The position numbers were made by a program, and so were the translations under genes. Positions 1 through 10,600 of a DNA stretch of 18,930 nt are shown piece by piece (the stretch's first letter is position 1; each line of letters starts with the position of its first letter). A model generated the notes under the pieces. It was not told the origin of the DNA. It saw nothing but the letters and a program-made list of their open reading frames with translations, and did no database searches. Origin of the DNA: Tubiluchus corallicola (lineage: Eukaryota > Animalia > Priapulida); NCBI GenBank assembly GCA_030141605.1, contig JAQGDQ010001976.1, positions 1 to 18,930 of the forward strand. Direction: 5' to 3'.

Positions 1-1384
1 AACAACAGGTATGTTCTATGTATTTACACTACTGCCACATACACCAAATAATAAACAACAGGTATGTTCTATGTATTTACACTATTGCCACATACACCAA
101 ATAAAAAACAACAGGTATGTTCTATGTATTTACACTATTGCCACATACACCAAATAATAAACAACAGGTATGTTCTACGTATTTACACTATTGCCACATA
201 CACCAAATAATAAACAACAGGTATGTTCTATGTATCTACACTATTGCCACATACACCAAATAATAAACATGAGGTATGTTCTATGTATCTACACTATTTC
301 CACATACACCAAATAATAAACATGAGGTATGTTCTATGTATTTACACTACTGCCACATACACCAAATAATAAACATGAGGTATGTTCTATGTATCTACAC
401 TATTGCCACATACACCAAATAATAAACATGAGGTATGTTCTATGTATTTACACTACTGCCACATACACCAAATAATAAACATGAGGTATGTTCTATGTAT
501 CTACACTATTGCCACATACACCAAATAATAAACAACAGGTATGTTCTATGTATTTACACTATTGCCACATACACCAAATAATAAACATGAGGTATGTTCT
601 ATGTATTTACACTATTGCCACATACACCAAATAATAAACAACAGGTATGTTCTATGTATTTACACTATTGCCACATACACCAAATAATAAACAACAGGTA
701 TGTTCTATGTATTTGCACTATTGCCACATACACCAAATAATAAACAACAGGTATGTTCTATGTATTTACACTACTGCCACATACACCAAATAATAAACAA
801 CAGGTATGTTCTACGTATTTACACTATTGCCACATACACCAAATAATAAACAACAGGTATGTTCTACGTATTTACACTATTGCCACATACACCAAATAAT
901 AAACAAGAGGTATGTTCTACGTATCTACACTATTGCCACATACACCAAATAATAAACATGAGGTATGTTCTACGTATTTACACTACTGCCACATACACCA
1001 AATAATAAACATGAGGTATGTTCTATGTATCTACACTATTGCCACATACACCAAATAATAAACAACAGGTATGTTCTATGTATTTACACTACTGCCACAT
1101 ACACCAAATAATAAACATGAGGTATGTTCTATGTATTTACACTACTGCCACATACACCAAATAATAAACATGAGGTATGTTCTATGTATTTACACTACTG
1201 CCACATACACCAAATAATAAACATGAGGTATGTTCTATGTATCTACACTATTGCCACATACACCAAATAATAAACAACAGGTATGTTCTATGTATTTACA
1301 CTACTGCCACATACACCAAATAATAAACAACAGGTATGTTCTATGTATTTACACTATTGCCACATACATCAAATAATAAGCAAT
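1..1384 (+). repeat. 53-bp minisatellite, ~26 copies, derived from an exon 3' end plus splice donor
   Basis: Unit gtatgttctatgtatYtacactaYtgccacatacaccaaataataaaca(ac/tg)ag; GT at 9, 62 ... 1334 in exact 53-nt register; runs off the window's left edge. Confidence 0.98.
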
Positions 1385-1475
1385 TCCATGTATTTTTTGT
1401 TAATGAGTAACATCGTACCTACAGCAACCATGTTAAATTTGTTATATATTTAATAGGAGTTCATTTTGTTTTCAG

Positions 1476-1633
1476 TTACTGAGAAAACGTCACATCGGCA
1501 ACGACATTGTTACGATAGTATTTCAGGAACCAGGTGCTCTGCCGTTTACGCCAAAAACCGTGCGCTCTCATTTTCAACACGTGTTTATAGTCGTACGAGC
1601 TCATCATCCAAATTCTCCCAATGTTAGATACAG
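1476..1633 (+). CDS. SIPA1L1: exon A: RapGAP catalytic segment [52 protein letters not shown]
   Basis: ttttcag acceptor, AG|gtgagc donor; Asn-thumb codon AAC at 1500-1502. Confidence 0.96.
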
Positions 1634-4600
1634 GTGAGCTGTAGCCGTAGCTGCTCTGTCTTTCTTAATTTGTTCTTATGCATTCACTCGTTTAAGCACC
1701 ATGAATATATATGCGGTGGTTGTTGTATTCCTCTGATTGACTTACTGCAAGAAAGGGTAACAAGAAAAAGCAAAAGAAGAAAAGGAAAAAGAGGCTGTCG
1801 ATGACACGCGCTTCCATGTTGCACGACTTGAGTTACATGTTCATTCGAGTTACATTCCTAGGATTTGAGATTTTGATGGATTTTTGCTTTGCACTGTAAT
1901 GTCTATTAATTGCACCCAGGTATGTTACTGATGATGCAAACGTACAGTACTATGCATCGCTTCTATAGCATACATAATGATGTTTATTTAGAAGCGGCCA
2001 GTGGTAGGTCATATGCAATAGGAACGGTTGTGGCTAAGTATCAGTGTGACACTTAATACACACCGCAGTGTGAGGTGTTTTAACCACGTTTGTATGTATT
2101 TATACTTTGTCCGCCAATGTGCGAACAGCCAGAATCAGTACGGCGAATGTTATTGTCTGAAGTTGTATTGAATTCGGCAGGCCTCCTGCAAACTGAGCAA
2201 CCTCGGAGTTGCTTAACTTTGGTGGCTGAGCACACGCTGTGACCACTTAGCTATTCAGTTATACATTCGAATAAGGTTTGTACGACTTGTATACCTGTTT
2301 TATTAAGATGCAAATTGAATTTCTTCTTAGGAGTTCTCTGTGTTTGTTTTCTAGCATTGCCGTAACACGATCCAAAGACGTTCCGACGTTTGGCCCCGCG
2401 ATTCCCGAGAATAAACACTTTCCGGCTTCCAAAGATTTTGTTGATTTGTTACTCGCTAAAGGTAGGTAAAGTGCAACGATAAACGAACACCGATAAATGG
2501 TTTGATAGGTTTTGGTTTAAATTTAAGTACGGGGGTGAAAATGATTAATTTATTTTTAAACTGCAGGCTTGTAATGAAATTTCAGTTGATGATTTATTTC
2601 AAATTTTTACATTTTCCATAACAGTTTAGACAACTAGATAAACTCTGATTAGTTTTTTGGAGTATATTGTGGCAATAAAAACTATGCAAGCTCTAATAAA
2701 TTTGACTGTAAATATAACTTATATACAGGTACATTTGTTAAGAGTTGAAATGTGCAGTGAGCTTTCATTATAATGTCACGGATATGGGTGCCCGTAATAA
2801 GCTGTCGAAATGAACTAGTTGTATAAGAACAACTAGTGAATTCATTCGCGGTTCAATATAAATGCAGCGTAAGCACATCTGTATTGTAGCAAGCAATACA
2901 TAAAAGTGTGAGTGAATAATACAGCGAAAGGTGATATATAATCCTTCACTCTGATTACTGTGTGTGGTGCACAGCACATCAGCTGACAATCCCACGTTTC
3001 ACTCTAGGCATGTGTCGTAGTCAGCTTGCCCATTGTAACTTGTAAATGGAATAGAAACAGCATGTTATATACAAAGAACTGTCTGTTACAATGAGGGTTT
3101 ACTGTGTTATAGCACAATGTATACTTTGGCGTATAAACCCTTTTTTCACATTTGCAAAGATGACAAAACTTCCTTCATTTTTTTCACATTCAGCATTTTT
3201 CCTCATGTTGCTAAATTACCTTTGTTGTTTAAAACCAATTGCATTTTTTCACATTCGGCATTTTTGCTCATGTTGCTAAATTACCTTTGTTGTTTAAAAC
3301 CAATTGCATTTTTTCACATTCGGCATTTTTGCTCGTGTTGCTAAATTACCTTTGTTGTTTAAAACCTCCTTCATTTTTTCACATTCAGCATTTTTGCTCA
3401 TGTTGCTAAATTACCTTTGTTGTTTAAAACCTCCTTCATTTTTTTCACATTCAGCATTTTTGCTCATGTTGCTAAATTACCTTTGTTGTTTAAAACCTCC
3501 TTCATTTTTTCACATTCAGCATTTTTGCTCATGTTGCTACATTACCCTTGTTGTTTAAAACCTCTTTCATTTTTTTCACATTCAGTATTTTTGCTGTTGT
3601 TGCTTTGTTGTTTCTTGTGAGCTGCTTACAGCTGAGAAAATGATTTTCCGTCAATGAAACTTCCCTGTTTTGTCTTTTCATTAAATAATCATTGGTCCGC
3701 AAACTTTCCGTTTTCACCAAAAACTTTAATCAGTTAATTTCATTTCAGCTATGAACGGCGAAAACGCTGCTCACAGATCCGAAAAGTTTATCGCCATGGC
3801 AACGAGAACAAGGCAGGAATATCTGAAGGATTTAGCTAATAATTACACAACCTCTTCCTCGCTGGATTCCGGAGCAAAATTTAGTGAGTGTCTCGAGTTC
3901 ATTAAGATTTGTAGTGGGAGTGTAACGACAGCTGTTTGGTTTCATAGCTAAGTTAGTTTTTGCAACTGTCAGTTTGTGACAGACGTGTTGTTTTTAGCTT
4001 AGTTTTGTTTCTGACATTTCAGCTACCTGCAGCTTACCTGTTGCGCATCGAAACTGGAATCTTGAGTTCTGTTTTTCCTTTTGTTATTATTATTGTTCAT
4101 TTTTATTTAGTCCTCTCGCTTCTCGCTGGTATCTGTTTTACCGCGAAGTATTCGAGCTTTTATTCAAATCTTATTACTATTAATTTATATAGTTTAGTAC
4201 CTTCCATGACTTCATCCACTACTCAGCAGTAAGGCCTATTTAGTGTGGATGCTCGTGTGGCGCCACCAGTACTTGCTCTTTGTAAGACGAGACGCAAAGC
4301 TGCAACGACGTCTTCTTAATGTTTGGCACTGTATCTTCCCACAAGGAGACAAGTAGCGAAAGTTGCATGATAGTTGGGACACCTCAGAAGCAATTTTTTG
4401 ATGGTCACCCATCTGCTTAGTAACCAGGCTAACCAGTGTTTAATGTTGATAATTGGAAAGAAATGCATGTTGTTGTAATTTCAGTGTACAAAGGGAGATG
4501 AACTTTTTGCAAGAACAGAGTTGTATTTCTACTATTAAGATTTGTTTGTTTGCAGCAGGGAACATGTTGATTCGTGTTGCAAATAAACAATGATTTAACA

Positions 4601-7600
4601 TGTTGATTCGTGTTGCAAATAAACAATGATTTAACATGTTGATTCGTGTTGCAAATAAACAATGATTTAATGTGTGAATGTCGTGTTTGTTTTTTCATGC
4701 GTTCCTCATTTCAGGTAAATTTTCTTTGAGCACCAAACGAAAAGACAAACTCCGACCAAAACTTTTTATAAATAGTTCTGTAAGAGGAGGAATCATTTGG
4801 CAGGTTCAGGTATGCAACAACATATTTGCACGGTTTTTAGTATGAATTATTGTTTATGTAAATAATAAAGTAGTTTGTTGGTTAGTAAATAACAGTACAG
4901 TGGTTCCAACACAGATTTTTGTATTCAGAATGATTTTTGGAATTTTAAAAGCTGCTTGGACTCTTAGCATCTTGCTAAAAATGCAATCTTGATTAGCTTC
5001 TGGTTTGAAGTCTTATTATTGTGCACTTGTTAAAAATTTATCTTTAGTTTTATGCAGAGATAGCCTTTGTAGAATTTGTCGTTGTGTTAGAATTTTCGAT
5101 TCACAGACACCCTAGACCAGCATCCAACTCCCAGTTTACCACTAGTGGTTATAGTTTTAATTGTATTAAGCTAATTAATAAAGCGAAAGCTAATTATATA
5201 ATGCTGGCATTGAATTTTCTTGTGGTAAATATGTGTAATATGTTAGGCAACTATTCTTGCTTTGACTTCATCCAGTCACGTGTATTCTTGCTAATTTGAG
5301 GTTGAAGATGTCCGCCAATCACGAGTACTCTTGCTAATTTTAAGTTGAAGATTTCTGCCAATCACGAGTACTCTTGCTAATTTTAGGTTGAAGATTTCTG
5401 CCAATCACGAGTACTCTTGCTAATTTTAAGTTGAAGATTTCTGCCAATCACGAGTATTCTTGCTAATTTTAAGTTGAAGATTTCAGCCAATCATGAGTAC
5501 TCTTGCTAATTTTAAGTTGAAGATTTCAGCCAATCACCTGGATTCTTTCTAATTTCAGGTTGAAGATTTCAGCCAATCTGGGCTCATTGACTGTTTATTA
5601 GGAATCTCAGTTGAGTATGTTGTACTAGTCGAGGAAAATAACAAAGAAACTATATTTACTACTCCATGCCGGTCTGTGATTGGCTGGACAGTAGCCAATA
5701 ATAGGTAAGTTTTGTTCTGTGTCGTTTATGAGTCGAGCAAGAATTCGTTTAACAGTTAAGAGATATCTTGAGTGATACAGACGTTTAATATTTACCAATC
5801 GGAACATATTTTTATATGTTTAATATAACATTTTTCTAAAATATTTGAATTCTCAACCAGAAAGTTAATTCAAATCAAATCGAATTTCAGTATTTCTATT
5901 CCGAATCGAATTCGAATTGAGTTGAAAAGAATTGCGGCAAGTTTTCGAACTACTAGTAAAAAGTGGTCTTGCAAAGATCATGCATATTACTTGACTTCTT
6001 TCTGCAGTAAAACCGCTATTAGTTTGTTAAAATTTTAGCACAGAAACTGCAGCTAAATTATGTTAATTGCTTGCTGTTTCAAACATTCTAATGATAAAGA
6101 ATGTATGTGGCTGAATTATCCGAATTTATAATTTTAGTTTCGAATTTAATTTGAACTAAAAAAAACTCGTTCGAATTGAATTCGAACGTTCGATGCTCAG
6201 CCCTAATGCACTTTGCATAATTGTCGAACCAGCAATGACGACAGTGTGACCACGAACATTTGCTGTGCACGATGTGTGACAATCCAGTTCTTCTGATTTG
6301 AAAACCTCTAAGTTTTCATCTTCTCGTGATTGAGTCATTCGAGCACCAATTTTTCTCTGTACAACATTCTTAGCTTTGTTCTGTTTCAGTATACGCTTAT
6401 ATTATCGGCACGGAGAGTGCGTCTTATTCCGATTGAATGACCAGGATGTGGTAGACGAAGTCAAGGAGATTTGTCAACGTTTGACGTTTGTAACACAAGG
6501 AGCTGAGGTTAGTTTTTACCAGGAATTTTTTGTACAAAACACATAAAGTTTTTGCATTAGATAAACATTAGATAAAAGTTTCTTTTTTATCAAAATGCAT
6601 AAATTAGTGACTTTACAAATATTTTAAACGGAATGAAAATCTTATTTTAGTTGAAATGATGTCAGGCATTTGACTAAATGATTCGTTTCCGAAATTGGAT
6701 ATTGAAGAATCAGACAGATAGATGCCATCTTGGATTTCTGTCAAGTGCAAACTCAATTATATCGAAAATGAATTGAAATTTTATTTCAAGATGTATTTTA
6801 ACAGATTCTAAATTAAATTCTAGCAAGTATAAATGATTTATTTTGCAGTTTTTTTGTTAATATTTAAAAAAATTATCGCGATTTATGCCATTTTCGTTGG
6901 CGGCCATTCTGACAACCCTCAAAAGTCAAATCTAATTTCCATCCACATCTAAAATTACCGTATATACTCGCATATAAGCCGACCCCCTAAAACTGCTTTA
7001 AAATGGCCAGTTTTTGCAAAAACCCGTATATAAGCCAACCATCAACTTTTAGCTTGAAGTCAGCAGTATAGGACATACGTTTTCTTTTTTCTCCAGGCAT
7101 GGTGTATTGCACAAATAATTTTACAACTAAAATTATCAAAATTCAGCACACTTTTAAATTCTGTGGCCGCGTGCTCACGTTTGCCTCAGTTTGCCTCATT
7201 GGTTTGCTGTTCCTCTATAAGCCACGTGACCCTCGTCTCCCCACGCGCTGCCTACCAATTGGCTGATGACGTCGGCTTGGTTACGGCTCGCAACTGGTGA
7301 CACACAGTTGTGTATTGCTAAATAAAAAGTAGGTGGACGGCTAGCCTCAAGACTTACCATTTTACATTCACAAATTTGAAAGAAATTGACATTATTTAAA
7401 ACCGTTTTTTGAAAAAAGTAGATTTAATATTAAACCCGTATACATTTTTAATATTTTTTATCTAATGAATACAAAAAGCAGACATTTATTGAAATGTGAA
7501 TTTTTTCTAAAAAAAAGTGGGTGGATGGCGATCCCCCACGATCCCCCTCCAATACACCACTGGTGACACACAACCAAATAAAGAGTCAGATAGCGATGAA

Positions 7601-10600
7601 AATGTGTGGCTGGAAAATTGGCATTAGTGTCTGTCCTTGTGTTCATTTTGTTTCATGCGCATATAAGCCGACCCCCTGATTTCAGTATTGTATTTTATAG
7701 TTCTAAATTCGGCTTATATGCGAGTATATACGGTGAAGGTCATGGTTATGTTAGAAATTTCACAATTTTTTTTAAAAAAACCACAATTGTTTATAATGTC
7801 ACACTTGCTCTTCTGCACTAGTTTGTTTTTACACTGATGCATCCAGACAAGTATTATGTCACTTGACCTCGCCTTGACCTTGACCTTGAACTTGCAGCAG
7901 TCCCCATCTTTTGACTCTTGTTATGGCTTTAATTTTGCTAGTCTTGCGTGTAAGGAACCCAAACCTGGGTTATGTCATACACTCACTTTCTATAAAACTT
8001 TCTGTGCTGCTTGCACTTTAACTATAGTAAATAAGCAAGTACATTTTGTGTTTAAAGTTAAAATAAGAACCGTTTTGTACTTTTGTAATAATTGAACTAT
8101 GACACAGTACATCATAGAGAAGAAAGTTGCAAACAAGTGAATTGTTGGATCAGCTATGCATCAGCTGCTACTCTACGTTCGTTACCTGTATTGCTGTGAC
8201 TCTTGCTTGCACTGTGTTGTACTTTACGTTACCAGACATAACAACGCGATAATTTCTCAATTGCGGGGTAGTTGTTCTGCTACCGTAATGTAACTTTCCT
8301 GTAACACTCTAATCATCGCAGCTTCTCATTTGCTAATTTAAAGATTCTGATTGGTTTTGGTGTTTTTCAGACTCAAGAAATGACCTTGAGAAGAAACAGC
8401 GTTGGACAGCTAGGCTTCCATGTTCACCTGGACGGCCTTGTTACGGAGGTAGAGCAGTATGGCTTCGCTTGGCAGGCCGGATTGAGAAAGGCCAGCAGAC
8501 TCGTTGAGGTTGATATTTTTAAACCAAAATTAATAGTTATAATTTGAAACTGGATGCATTTTGCATGCAGTGTTTGCGTTCGACGTGGAAATGTTGTTAG
8601 CACCATCTAGTGAGGAAATTTCAAAATGACAGAGCAAGATTATTCATAGTGTGATCTCTCAGTCTTGTAAGCTAGACCGATGTTGCACTTGCAAACATAA
8701 ATATGTTCATGTGTTTTCAGATATGCAAGGTTGCCGTGGCGACGATGACACACGAGGCAATGGTGGATTTGTTGCGTACGTCGTCAACCGTTACCGTTGT
8801 TGTCATTCCGCCTCTTGAGGAAGGCAAACCGCGCAGGTGAGTAAAGAGTTCAGCTCTGTCGCAAACATTGACGACCTTGCATTACATAAAAATTATATTA
8901 ACAACAAGTGCCAATTTTAAATTTCAACTAAATAAATCAGTAAAATTATTCATTTTCGTAACTTAGCTAATGGCATTGTTGCTAATTTTACAGAAAATTT
9001 TGTTTCATAATTTAGGGGTTGTGATTCCCGTTGTCGACATCATTCTGGTGCTGAGCAAGGTAGATCCACTAGAAGTCGAGATAATAAAGAGAAGTCGTCA
9101 AACTACAGCAGGACTCCTGATAGGAGCAGCGGGTATGACTTCCTGTTAACACGGCATTTGTTCATTAATATATCTTCGTTTGAAGAAACCAAACAACTTG
9201 AAATTTAGTTTTAAGATTTTATTCTGAAATGCCTACATAAACAGTGAAGTAGTGTCATGTTGAAAAGCAGAAAACCAAGTGACCAGAACTACAAGTGAAA
9301 TCATTTAGGTGTGAAAACAGTTTTATAGATTATGCATTCATAAAGACTGTAGAAGCCAATGAAAATTTAAACAGTAAAGAGAAAGATTCAACAATTTTAA
9401 CAAGAACACCTGAAGGTGGCAGCACTATGCAATACTCAAAAAAGTATGATGACAATACAGCATAAATTTAAATTTAGAGTAATTAAAGTAATTTTCTTCT
9501 GTCCACATCTAATTAGTTATTTAAATCTCAGATAAAGTTTACAATTGCACATGCACAAGAAATTAGTTCATGAAGCGGATTAGGATTAGAGTTGGGATTA
9601 GGATTAGAGTTGGGATTGGGTTAGGGTTGGAGAGGGTTAGAGCTAGGGATGGAGGTTGGGTTACGATTAGGGTTGGGTTATGGTTAGATTTAGTGTTAGG
9701 GTTAGTGTAAGGGCAATCGTGCTTAAACTGTGTGGCGAATTGTGAGTTTTTTCCATAATCTGAATTTCAAAATAATTCATGTTGAACCATCTGAGTTGAA
9801 CCATCAGTTACTAAATTTTAAAATACAAGGTTGTCAAGAAGGTTGGGTAGATGAAAGAGTAGTTCTTTGCCTGGAGATGAACCAGGAACCATTAGATTAC
9901 AAGTTCATCACGATGACTATTGGACTAGTGAGCACCAATGTGTATTTTCTTCCCTTTTACTAGTTTGTTTTCACAAATTCTGTAACTATAGGTTCATTTC
10001 GTCATAAAAAACCTCGCTGTTTTATTTTTATATATTTTTTTAAATATTTGCTATTGACTTTTTGTGAAATTTGTACAGTTACATTATTTCATTGCAGCTA
10101 TGACAGTGATCGGCATGAGTTGAGGTCGACGGTGGAACAGGGTGTGATTCTCATTAACGAAGACGGCAGCATATCCCGGCAGAGTTCCGGGAGAGGTTCA
10201 TCCCTGGAAGGAAGGGCGTCACGACAGTCGAGCGAAGGTAAGGGAACGTTTCTGCTGTTAAGGGGTAAACATTGATGAGCTTGTAATTGTTTTTACAATG
10301 AGTTTTACTTGTTTTATGTGTTACCATGTGTTAAAAAAACAAATATTTACAATTTGCTTCTGGATGGCTGGTCTAGTTTCTTCCGAATTTTGACCTTAAT
10401 AACTTGGTTAATGTGAGTGCTTTTAAGTAATAAAGAAACTTTGCTTTTGCAGGGTATTGAAATCAATTTTTATGAAGCTTATACTAGGGCTGATATGATT
10501 AACTACTTAACTTAACTTAACTGGTGTAACCGTTTAGAAAATCACTAATCATGTAATCGTTACATAGACAAAATTGATTTATATTGTTTTCAATGCATGC

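Noticed and set aside
1-1384. CRISPR-like regular array
   Set aside because: Units are contiguous with no unique spacers, there are no cas genes, and the context is a eukaryotic intron.
2160-2260. tRNA/SINE-like A-box TAGCTAAGTGG on the minus strand
   Set aside because: No B-box at a suitable distance and no cloverleaf.
3091-3720. Cluster of overlapping 60-85-aa ORFs
   Set aside because: Translations of the 65-bp minisatellite; repetitive peptides with no splice-phase fit to the gene.
4429-4698. Minus-strand ORFs with [12 protein letters not shown] repeats
   Set aside because: Artefact of the 36-bp tandem repeat.
7860-7895. (ccttga)n short repeat, reminiscent of TGACCT nuclear-receptor half-sites or Helitron-associated repeats
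   Set aside because: Only about five degenerate units, with no element boundaries.
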